Origin: Guillardia theta CCMP2712
Lineage: Eukaryota; Protista; Cryptophyta
DNA length: 64,000 bases
NCBI RefSeq assembly: GCF_000315625.1
Contig: NW_005434637.1
Location: 254,495 to 318,494 of the forward strand
Reading direction: 5' to 3'
The notes under the pieces were generated by a model, which did no database searches, was not told the DNA's origin, and saw only the letters and a list, made by a program, of their open reading frames with translations. Numbering within the stretch: position 1 is the stretch's first letter; each line of letters opens with the position of its first letter. Made by a program: the position numbers and the translations under genes. Positions 24,601 through 35,655 of the stretch are shown here, in pieces.

Positions 24601-26746
24601 TAGTTGCTGTCTTCAGTGTGAAGTCATTTGCAACTTTAAATTCTATATCACGAATATTCCCTTCATCGTCCTTCAACCAATTTCCGTTGACTGATAGTCT
24701 CACGATTATTTTGAGGTCCTTTAGTTTCTTCCTTCTCATAGCCTCTGATTTACCACTCGAAGTTTGTGGCAAAGCATCAGTCTCAGTCTTTGCTGCTGTG
24801 TAAGTCAGAACAGGAAGGTAAATGGGGTCGCCAGGAGAGCGTTTGGTTCGCTCCTGTCGATCACGAATCGCCTTCTTGGCCGCCTCTACGTCAAATTTTT
24901 CCGTACCCTTGTCTTCTTTTGCACGCAAAGTTTCTAGCATATTCTTGTACGCAGATAATTCATCCCGCTCTAACTTCAATTGCGATTGCAACCTCAAAAG
25001 AAACTTCTTGTCTTGAGCATTCGACTTCATCGCTGGCAGTTGAACATTATCGTCGTCGTCGTCTTCATCGTCGAGATCTTCATCTTCATTGGGTCTCTCG
25101 GCCATCAAAAGCTGAGCCTCCTTTTCCTCGAATTCTTTGATCTTTTTCTCCATGGTCTTTACTTTGTTCTCAAGCGTTTTGCAATCCTTTTCGTGCTTCG
25201 TTCTTTGCAGTGCCTGTGTGTGCTCATGTTGCCTCCTCATTTCTGATAGCTCTGCCTCCAATTCCTCTTCTCTCTCTTCTTCGTCTTTTCGCTTGTCCAT
25301 CAACTGCTTCTTGAACTTCAGCGAACATTTGGTGTTGGTAAAACCCTGTGCTTGGCGAGTTTTCTTGACTTCGTCCCAAATCTGAATCATACGACTTACT
25401 ATTTTCAGGTCTTCAAGCTCCTCAGATGATTTCTGTATTCGAAGCCTACTGAGCTCCTCATGCAACCATGGCTCTTTCTGTACACTATCAAAAACATCCC
25501 CATCCGAATTGTTTTTGTCGACCGATTCTTTCACATCCTCCTTTCCTTTATCACGCCTACCTTTCCTCACTGAGAGTCCCTTGATGTTGTTGGCATCCAG
25601 TGCTTTCTCTTTCATAATTGTTTCCAACGCCGCCTTTGCAGACGAAATCTTTTGGGAATAGAAATCCACCCATTTCATTTCTGTCCTATACTGATATTTC
25701 CGCCATAGACTCTCAAGCTCAGCGACGAGATAGTCCTCTTTGGAGAACAGGTGATGATCCTTCAAGGTCAGGGATGAGAATTCTATCTCGAGAACAGTAG
25801 GATGCTCTCTGGATCCAAAAACGGCTTCCATGTTCTGAACAGGAACCACCATGTCATACTGCAAATACATCGCTGATGGATCATATCTCATTGTTGGTCT
25901 ACAGCGACGGATCTCCAAGGGATCGAACGGTGTGACAAAAATTTCCTCACGGGGAGGAAAACGAATCGCAGACAATTTGTCATGATCATCTTTTTCTTGG
26001 CTATCATCGGCAGCCTTAACACCATCCTTTGCGGCCATGCTTTGCTGCATCCGAATTCTCCGCACAGCACGTTCAACATTTGCAGAAAGGATTTCTTTCT
26101 CGTGAGCTACATAGAGACCTTGCCTTCGCATGTCATTCCTGGCTTTTTCCAGAATGTTCTCGCCCCTCCCTGCAAGAGAGAAAAGAACCTCTTTTTCTTG
26201 TTGAATCCTCTTTGACACAGGAACCCATGGAATATGTTCAGGATGGCCAGCAAAAGCGGACGTGTAAGAGAAGGGAGTCTCCAGGCTTGATTCTCTGCTG
26301 TCAAATCGTGTACGCCTTCTCGAAGTTTTGCGGTGCAAGACTGAATCCTTGTTTTCATCTGCTTCCACACTTCTACCGTCATCGTTTTCTGCTTCATCTT
26401 CGGCTTTTGATATCTCGTCATCTTTCTTATCTTGCTCGGCTTTCGCTTCTTTCGCAAGCTTCAGCTGTTCCAGACGCTTACGACGTTCTTCTCTCGCACG
26501 CTTGCTTTCATCAGCAGATGCAGCAACACTGGGCTTACTCTGACTTTGATCTTCGTCAGAAGAATCGTCTCCAGCAAACCTGTTTCTGCCTCTGGTCTTT
26601 CTGGTGAATCCTACACCTGCCCCTGCCCCCTTTTCCTGCTCTATTTCAGTGTCAGCAGGTTTCGGTTTGGGGCTCGGGGTCTCAGCCTTAGTGTCGCTGT
26701 CATCGGAATCATTTTCCTGCTTCCGATTCACCCTTCTTCGCGGCAT
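21696..26746 (-). CDS. CC2D2A: Coiled-coil and C2 domain-containing protein 2A (MKS6), ciliary transition zone; one 44-nt intron at 22220-22263
   Basis: HHLFSKEDYLVAEL, LDPNDPRN, C2 domain (ISVQRAQNLPIR...GNNPAWN...VFD...KRWLGSISFPF), and transglutaminase-like region RFVSLIPF..WCTSSEF..MAGDWEEHASLLCNFF..GIPEG..LWN..NIWGNIQ. Ends FAIAVHV..FP..SLWVAVA. Confidence 0.93.
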
Positions 26747-27351
26747 CTCACAATCTTTCAGATCAATCACGCAAACATCCTGGTACTGGTCAGATCAATG
26801 GTAGTGGAGTGATCATGCAATTGTATCAGTAGAATGTAGTTGTTTGCACTTGTCGCGAGCTTGAACTTATCGAAAATTGCCGTCTAACCAATTTTCACCC
26901 TTACGAATAAAACAAGAGGAGAAGGGTCAGGCTGCAAGGGATGCAGCCACAAGTCTCATGGGAAGAGCTCAAACGTGTCAAGATTTGTTGCAAGAGGGGA
27001 GGAGGAGGGAGAGGAGGAGGGAGATAGAAAGGAAGGGGATGACGCTGCTGCTTCCCACAATCGGGGGCGCCATGAAGGGCGACAAATTCCCGCGCAAAGG
27101 CGGTTGGAATAACCCCTGGAATTAACTATAGGAGGTAGGGGTGGTGATTTCAACAAGGGGTGGAGCATCGTCAGGTGGGTGAAAAAATCGTTTCACAGGG
27201 GTACTTTTGAACGGATAAAGTAGGGTAGTTGAAATGGTTGTGGTGGGAACCCGAAGGGTGGTCGCCAGTACAGAACTACTGTAGGGTGGTGCTGGAGCAG
27301 GGGGGGTGGGTAGTGAATTGGTATGAGGAGGGACGAGGTCATTATCCCGGC

Positions 27352-28315
27352 ATGGCTCCTCCTGGGATGGCGCCGATGCGGCCTGGTAGGTCGAGAGTGA
27401 TGCAGATGTCCCCATGACCCTCTCAATCCTCATCATACATGCTACTTTCAACTTTTCTGCTCTCCACGCTGCTTCCTTCTCACTTGCTAACTACCGCAAG
27501 CTCTGTTCTCCGCGAATTCTCCCCCACCAGTCGCTCTTATGCTGTTCTTGTCCCAACGGTCATCGTGATCGTGATGCCCCCTCTATCTGACATTATCGTT
27601 CTCATCGCTCCATGAATGCTCGCTTTCCTGCAGGCACAGTTCTTCCAGGTCATGTGCCGGGGAGGATTCCAATCCCTCCCAACGTAGCCGGTGATCTCGT
27701 CTTTGCTGCCCATCCCCTAGCATGAGCGAGCGCGTGATCGGCAGGCGCAGCGGTCGCACAAGTCGAGCCAGACATGATGACAGAGCTTGCTGAAGCTGAG
27801 AACAAAGTGATTGCGGTCATGAACACAGCCATCACCGTCATCAAGGCCATGAAAGCTAAGATGTCGGCAAAAGTTGGTGCACCGGTTGCGGACGATGCGG
27901 ACATAGACAAGCTGACAAGAGAATATGTTGCCTCTGTTGAGGTATGGCAAGCTCAAAAATCTTCCCAGGAGATTTACTCTTGTCTGACAGAGGATTCAAG
28001 ACATTCTGCAAGGAATGCTCATGGGTAGCCATGAGAGGCTGTCGTACAGGCCATACAATCGGACATCTTACGGTCATCTCCTCGACCTCTCGATCACAGC
28101 GGACGAGGTGAGCTGTGTTGTGGTGGCCTCTTGTCACTCTGATCGTAAGGTAGGTGGCGCATGTTCACAAGCAGCTCGCAGAACTCAAAGACCTGCTGGA
28201 GGCTTCAGCTTTGAAGCCTGATAGCAAGCCAGTGGAGGACGGTTCTGCCAGTTGCTCTCTCCCTTGCTCCACGCTCACATTTGTTGCAGTATCGGCTGTC
28301 GTCAATTTGGATTAG
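27352..28315 (+). CDS. MED11: Mediator complex subunit 11-like (multi-exon) with a Pro/Gly-rich N-terminus
   Basis: ELAEAENKVIAVMNTA...KLTREYVASVE/RIQDILQ...YRPYNRTSYGHLLDLSITADE/VAHVHKQLAELK resembles, from memory, plant Med11 (..DIQVTLREEI..YRPFEKCDY..LEYVLTQLEDLK). First and last exons are tentative. Confidence 0.7.
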
Positions 28316-28487
28316 AGTGGTTCGATGTCTCGGAATGTGTTTTTGGCCTTCGTCATGATCATTCAAGGCACGTCTTTGTAGATATGAGATGCTTCATGTT
28401 GCACATGGAGCGATAATTACGAATTCATTTCGTTCTTGACGTTAAGAGGTGGAAGGAGAGATGGTACAATGAATAAAGTTGCAAACG

Positions 28488-31333
28488 TTACACAGAGCTG
28501 TTGATCTTGTTGTAGCCTTGCCTGACAGCCCGCCTTTGGTAAAGATGAAGACTGATCATTCCTAGCAGGATCATAAAGCAGAAGCTCAGGCTCCCTGCCA
28601 TACCGGCTCCACTCCACACTCCTCGTTCCGAAGATGAGACCTGCATGCGCTCCATGGCTCTAAGTTTCGACCTGCTGGCTCGTGCTGCTGCTGGGGCCTG
28701 TAGAGATCCTTGCTTCTTCCCATAGATAACCAGATACGAGCGCATGCGGATCTCAGCCGGAAAGCCTTGGTCGACACAATCGTCACCGACGCATGCAGCA
28801 GGATCGTACTGGCTGTTGTTGAAGAGGCCGGAGTATGTGATGATAGCCTGGAGCCCTGGCTTCACTGACGACGTCACATCCACCACCCACGGGCTGACTG
28901 CACTGCCTGGACACCAACCAGCCCTTCCAAACTGCCAAGTGCCATACTGGTTGGGAGTGACGCCCTCTGAAACTTTCCTAGCACATCCCATCTCGCTCCC
29001 TGCCCCGTCCAGCGATGTCTCGTACACGTGCTCATCACTTGACGCGTACGTTTCACCGTCGATCTCCACTCCTTGTCGCAGGCTGAATCGATGCTGAGTG
29101 ACGCAAAACTCAGCACAGTTCTCGTTGTCCTCTCCCCATCCATGACCAGTGATGACCGAGTGAATTTCTGCTCGGCTGGTCAGGTAAGGGATGTCAATGT
29201 TCATGGGTCGATGCCTTGAGTTGTACTCTTGATCAAAAATTCCTCCATGGAACAGAGGAATCGACAGGAGGGGCTGCTCATGGATCCCTGAAGACGAAAA
29301 GACAAAACGAACGTCTGCAAGGTACTTCTGCTGCGACCAGTAAGGCTGCTTCAGAAGGAAATAATGCCTCCCGCCACCCATTAGAAGGGGGAGAGTCGCT
29401 GTAGCATCGATCATCCACTTGCCGGGGCGGGAGTAGGGGGTCACGAACCTCCCCATCTCGAAATCACAGGACCCAACTGAGGTTGCCTTGCCCCACGAGG
29501 TCTGAGATAGAGTCTTTTCATTGGCCTTGCACAACAAGAGTTGGACCACGTAATCCCATTCCCCGCAGTCCTTGTCGGCGCCCCCTGGGCAATCTAGCGA
29601 AGCGTACACTTCAAGTTTGTCAAAATCCTTCATCGTTGCCTCATCCGGTAACTCGACAACACTGTAAAGCCCGCTGCCGCCACTGAAAAGAATTCCACTT
29701 TCCTTCTGTTTCGACTGCTCCAACACTGGAACTATGAGGGCATTCGGTTGAGACAGCTTTTGTTCCAGATTTCGCTCATACGCGTAATATTCCCCTTCAA
29801 GAGCAAGAAACGTGAGTGCAAAACTCTCCTCAGCTCCTCTTGGAGGAATCTGCCCAATTTCCCGCAGACGTGAAAAGTGATCCAATCCAACAAAGTGCTG
29901 AATCGCATTTTTCAGGGAGAAACGGTTTGTTACTGTGACTCTCTTCTTCAGCAAATTCAGAACCTGGAATTACGATTAGCCCGCAAACATCTCCAAAGAT
30001 AGAAGGGAGACAACCTCCCCTCCGGCTTCATGGCTCATCATCACAGCTGGTATCTTCAATCCTGCGCTTTTACAGGGATCGGGCGAGCCGCATGAGAGCG
30101 AGACCATATCGCTGCGTGGTAAAGTGAGCAGGACGTCCTCTATCAGTCTTGCCTTACCCGTCCTCCGAATTCACGATTACCACGGCACTTGCACCATGAT
30201 TTTGAGCCAGCCGAACCTTCTCGAAGAAGGCGCATTTTCCTCTCCTGACAACAGCGATCTTTCCTGCACTCAAGGTGTAAAGCTTCCAAATCCTCCATCT
30301 CTTCCCACCTTGGACACTTTCTTGCGGGTTGTCAGAGTCATCGCATGCCAGCCCTCCCCAGTTGGCAAACTGCATTTCCAGAAAAATATTCTGAGTCAGC
30401 TCCACCATTTTGTACCAGTCTGTAGATTAAACCTCTAGTGGATCTGTCTGCTCTTGCAGCAACTCTCGAATGCTAGGAAGCCAACCTGTGACAGTTCTCA
30501 GACCTTTCACAGAAAATGGTCGACAGGGATGAAATGAGACAGCTGACCTGTATCGCCCTTGGCCTCCACTTTCTTGGTATGCAATTTACCGTTCTCGGAC
30601 CAAGAGATCTGCATCAAAGGTTCCTCCCCGCCCCACTCATTCACTGCCTGAAAGACGAGGTTGTCGTAATATTGCTTCTGGCAAATCTCTCTTTTGAGAT
30701 GGCACCGCGGCTGGATCGCCTCCGTCATGAAGTGGAGTTGACCCTTCACTTCCTCGTACCCCGACGTTCTCTGCATCTGTTCCTGTATGGTCTGCAACTT
30801 GTCCATGCTGTCAGCTTGTGCACCGAAAACAAAATGTGTCTGCTGAGGAACAGCCCTGACAAGCACAACGATCAGACAACGATCCTGCCGGTCCATGAGC
30901 AAGTCTTCAATCACCTGAAGAATGAGCCGAACGAAGAAGCCTCAAGCAAATCATCCAGGTTTTGGTCGTCGGACACGATAAGGAAGATATAGGCCCTTTT
31001 CTCTCCCGGCTGGACCCGCAACATTCCATTCTTTGTCTTGATATCGAAGGGGGCACAATGACTGAGCGGGAGAGGAAGCTGGTGGTCCATGTTCGAGCTC
31101 GGAACCTCCGGGGATTCAGCTACCTCGTCCATACCGTCCAGCATGTGTGCACTTCTCCCTTTTCGAGCTGCCCGTCGCTCTAACCAGCGACTGGCCAACA
31201 GAGGACGAAGCTGCTCCCTCCTCCTCATTCTTGCTGCCATTGTCTCAGCATGAGAATAGCGAACTCGCTCCGCCGCTGCCTCTGCCGCCATGTTCACCAA
31301 GAGGAAGAAGAGAAGCTGCATGCAGAGCTGCAT
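28488..31333 (-). CDS. Type I membrane protein: signal peptide, PA (protease-associated) domain, PNGase F-like peptide-N-glycosidase domains, C-terminal TM
   Basis: PA: GKIAVVRRGKCAFFEKVRLAQNHGASAVVIVN. PNGase F motifs CGEWDY, EMGRFVTPY, ITGHGWG..NCAEFC, VTPNQYGTWQFGRAGWCPG. TM segment AGSLSFCFMILLGMISLHLY followed by QRR. Confidence 0.88.
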
Positions 31334-31488
31334 GGCGGAGCAGATGGCGAACAAAAATGGATCTCAAGGATACTGGGCGAGCACGAAGGGTCAGGGAAAA
31401 GGGAAGACTGCGCGGGGATGTGGGGGGGAGGAAACAGAAATAAACGAGTTGAGTAAAACCGCGTGTGTCGGGGAAGTTTTGACCGAAA

Positions 31489-33080
31489 ATGGTGAGCGTG
31501 TTGAGTTCCGCGATGGGAGAGGGGAGAGGGGGAGAGGCAGAGAGGAGAAGAGAGCAGAGAGCAGAGAGCAGAGAGCAGAGAGCAGAGAGCAGAGAGCAGA
31601 TGTGCTGGGGGGTAGCAGGATGAGATGTGAGGAGCGAGGGGAGGTGGGATGAGATGTGAAGAGATATGGGGGAGGTTTTGCAGGCCTGCCATGTGACAAC
31701 AATGATAGTCGGCAGACATTGGTCTCGTGATCAAATGGATTCCCGACAAGAAGGTCTACAGGATCATCGGCTTCCATACCAATGGCTCGGCGAAACAGAC
31801 GGGGATGTTGAACATCAACGACACGCTGCTTGAGGTGACTTCGTTGACTGACCTAATTGTCTCCCAACGTTGATGGACCCCTGAAGGTCAACAAGGAGAG
31901 CGTCTCCGGACTCGCGCAGAAGGATGTTGAGGCGAAGCTGAGAGGGGAGCCAGGATCGAAAGTCAGGCTCAAGGTTTCGAGAGGGGATGATTCGTTTCAT
32001 TGCACGATCGGAAGGACGGACCTTCACTCTTTCGTCGTCAAGAAGACGAAGGAGGCGCCAGTCAAGGAGCCAGAGCCTAAGAAGAAGAAGCTGACTGACC
32101 GGGAGAAGGCCGACAAGCTGCTCAACCAGGTGAATCCTGCCGATGCATCCTCCCATGTAACACTTCCTGCCTTCATAGGGAACTGGAAAGTACTCTGGCG
32201 CCTCCTTCGGCAGCGCGCTCGAGAAAGTCAGCGACAGGGAGGCGTCAAGGATACGAGGGCAGACACAGAAAGAGCATGAGCGAGTGCAGGCAGAGGCAGA
32301 CCGACTGTACGAGGAGACGGTGAAGAAGGACAGGGAGGAGCAGGACAAGAACGTCCATGACTCTGTGGTCAGAAACTTCAACTCTTGTCGTGCAGCAGTC
32401 CCCTCAGGCCTGAGAGATTTTGTCTGCAGAACCGCTTCTGTGATCAATGCGGGGCGCCGAGGCAAGAGAAGAAGGCTCCGGTAGAGAAGCAGGCTCCGGT
32501 GCAAGAGGGCAAGGTAGGAGAATGCCTGAACCGCCATTTCCTGACTTGTCCTGTCCTATCAAGGAAAACCATTTCGCTCTGGGAGATTGCATGCGTCCGA
32601 GGAAAGCGGAAGAACCTGCCAAGAAAGTTGAGGAGGTAGCAGATCTCCTAGCAGGCGCTGGTTGAAGTGCTGTGCCAGAAGCCCTGGTGGAGCTGGAGCT
32701 CGGACAGCTCGAAGAGCAATGCTAAGAGCGCGTCAGGAGGAGGATGGTTTACGAAGGTGAACGGTGGTTTCCTATTCCTGATCATGAGCATCCGGGAACA
32801 GAAGGATGAAAAACCGCAGAAGAGCCGTTTCAAAGATCGGCTGAATCAGGCCAAGGTAGGGAGATCAGCAAGATTCGGACATCCTTTGAAAGTGACCTTA
32901 CTCGTGCAGTTTTCATTTGCAATGTCTATCATTGATTACCGAATACGGAAGACCAACGAAGAATTCATGGCGGTCATCACAGGGGTTTGACTTCCATAAT
33001 TGCTCTAGGGATTTCTTGTTGACTTGAAAGCAGAAATCAAAGGATTCAAAGTCGAAGAAATCACCGAAGACCAAAGATGA
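31489..33080 (+). CDS. PDZ-domain protein with a possible zinc-ribbon (FCDQCG) motif, multi-exon; ends tentative
   Basis: Spliced DIGLVIKW..YRIIGFHTNGSAKQTGMLNINDTLLE/VNKESVSGLAQKDVEAKLRGEPGSKVRLKVSR is a PDZ domain. Later exon NRFCDQCGAPR. Confidence 0.75.
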
Positions 33081-33108
33081 CTCAAAGTCTTCCTTCTGGA
33101 ATTTTTCA

Positions 33109-35065
33109 TCAGGCAAGTAATTCGATTGCTTTCAACTCGATTGCAACAGCATCCATCTGTTCTTTAGTTTGCGCTTCCTTCACATCTCCACCATGTAATC
33201 TATTGATATTGATTGAGATCGGTTTGTAAAGCCAAGTCTTCATAACTTGATTAGCTATTGGGTATCTCCTCCCTCACCCTTGCAGTGGGCATGCCTCACT
33301 TTAAGGAAGACACTTGTAGATCACATGATTCAAGCTTGTATCGAAAACGTTCGGTCATTTTGCAGTTTATACAGTGTTTTCAAAACTTCTCAAAAGGTTG
33401 TTCGCTTTGTTCCAGGACTTCTGGACTTGGATGTTATGTACTTCTTCCAACAACCTTGTTGAGGCATAAATAATCAGAAACAAGTATAAGATGACGAACA
33501 AGACTTACTCATCCTTTTGCAGCCTAATCTGTGTCGCATGAAAATGTCTCTCTTTTTTCAAGCTGTCCAGCATTCGCTCCCTTTCTTTCTTCTTCTCCTC
33601 AAGGTGATTGAGTTTCTTCTCAAGATCACTCTGCATCCTTGACTCCAACATCCTTGACCTCTGCACATTCCTCTTTGCGACTTCACTCTTCAACTTGCTC
33701 AACTCTGATTTCACGAGCAAGTCGAGTTTGCGCTTTTCCTCGCAGGCAGCCAAGTTCTCTTCAACGGTTTTCATGTGGTCCATGATCTGCATATTCACAA
33801 GTCAGGAGAGCAGTGGAAGGAATATATCATGGTGAAGACCAGAGAAGCCTTTTCTTGTAGGATGTTCTCTTTCTTCTTCTGTATCTCGACGATCTTCTTC
33901 TTCTTCTCATTCTCTTTCTGCCTTCGCTCCTGCATCATGCTCACTGGAAACATCAAAGTTAGACATGCCAGGTGTTTGTTCAAACCTTGGCGATTTCTCT
34001 CTGTCGCTCCAACCTCTGTTGTTCCTTCTTCTCCACTTCTGCCTGTTTCCTCTTGTACGCAGCCACAAGGGCTCTAGCCTTGTCTTCGGCCGACTTGGCA
34101 GCTTCTTGTCTCCTCCGTTCAGCCTCGAAAAGTTTGTCGCTGCTGTTTCTCGTGTCATCCATCCAGTCTTCCTGTCTCTTCTTGGCTTGCTCTTCCTTCC
34201 TCTTGAGGTTTTCAAGAATACGGTTGGTATGCTCCTTCAATTCCTCTTCTTTCTTGTTGATGTTGTCTTGGATTCGCTGTTGTTTCGTCATTTCGCTCCT
34301 GCGTTTCTCCTCTGCCTCCTTCTCGTAAGACGCTCTCAGTGTGTCGATCCTCTGCGTCAGAGCCTCGTCCAGCTCCTTCATCTTCTTCTTCCGCTCCTCC
34401 TGCTCGACTATGTTTCTCTGTTCCATCTCATTCTTCCGTTTGATGAGCTCCTCTTGCTTCTTTATCATCTGCTTGCGACGAAAGTCAGCCCGAACCTTGG
34501 CTTCCGTCTCCCTCCTTCTCTGTGCCTCAAGGAGATTGACGTTGCTCTGTGCAAGAACTTGTCACGAGCAGCAACTCCCTCCCTCCCTCCCTCCCTCCCT
34601 CACCACTTTGCTGACTGCAGATATATCCCTCAGCTTCCTCGCTGCGATCTTGATCGCCTCTGCCTTCCCTCGCTCCACCTGCGTCTTAGACTTGGAGAGC
34701 TCCTGGTGAATCCATGACAGCTCCAGAGGGTCCTCTTTCTCCTGCCTCTCCATGCTCCCACCGCCGCTGCTCTCCAGCAACCGAGGCAGCCTGGCTCGGC
34801 AATCGTTGATCGCTCTCCACTTGGCCATGCGGCTCTTCTCGTAGACGGCATAGCGCACTTGCTGCTGCTCGGGCACGAGGCCGGGAGCGCGGAAGCTGTC
34901 GAAGGCCCGGGGTTTGAGCTCAAGAGGGTCGATCAGGAGCTGCTGACAAGCCTGGAGGAACCGAGGGGACCTGACGTCTGACAGCAGCTGTGCGTCGTTG
35001 ACAGGCTCGAAGGGAACAGGGCATCCTGCTAGAGGATCCTCCTCCTTCTTGTCTTCTTTCACCAT
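33109..35065 (-). CDS. Long charged coiled-coil protein with a CCDC177/CCDC185-like N-terminal motif
   Basis: N-terminal RSPRFLQACQQLLIDPLELKPR..F...VRYAVYEKSR resembles the SPRSLEAC...P.EL.PR...YE..R motif. The rest is E/K/R-rich helix, ending ...ELKAIELLA*. Confidence 0.7.
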
Positions 35066-35253
35066 CGAGCTTCAAGTTGCTTCCGCAACGTCAGTCCATG
35101 CCCGCTCCCCCCAGCATTCCGAAGTTCACCCGCTCACGGTCCGATCGCCGATAACGGCAACGCTCCCTGTAGGACAGCAACTCCCCGAGTAATCTGTGTA
35201 AGCACCCCTATTTTACTCATTACAGTTAACTAATGATTACAAGCCTCAGCCCC

Positions 35254-35420
35254 AGTTGCCGTACGGCCAGACCTTCCCGGGCCCGTCAGCAGGCTTGTCC
35301 GACTGTACGGTCCCCGGTCCACTGGCCGGGCGGCCGGGCGGCCGCCCGGCGCAACTTGACCCTGCTAGCCTACTAGCGGCTGAGTAAACAAGAGGCTACA
35401 GTCGTGCTTACTCAGCCTTT
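35254..35420. repeat. Palindrome-rich GC island between divergent genes
   Basis: gccgggcggccgggcggccgcccggc hairpin, inverted repeat ggctgagtaa...ttactcagcc, and CGTACG and CCCGGG palindromes. Confidence 0.65.
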
Positions 35421-35655
35421 TCTCAGCCTAGTAGGCTTGCCCTCATCCCGCACACTGCAGCTTGCCCTCATCCCCTCTTCCCCGCAGTTCAGCTGACCTG
35501 TCAGCCGACCCTCCGTCAGTGCACTTTTGCCCACTTTCAGATTTCATTGTTCCAAATTTTGCGATAAAATTATCTTATAAAATTTCAAAATTGAAAATAT
35601 AAGAATTGAGATTGTTCTTAGCTGGCAGGTCTGGGCCGACACTGGCAGAGCGAGG

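Noticed and set aside
33005-33111. Apparent overlapping coding ends of the convergent PDZ and coiled-coil genes
   Set aside because: Careful translation stops the minus gene at 33109 and the plus gene at or before 33080, so they are close but do not overlap.
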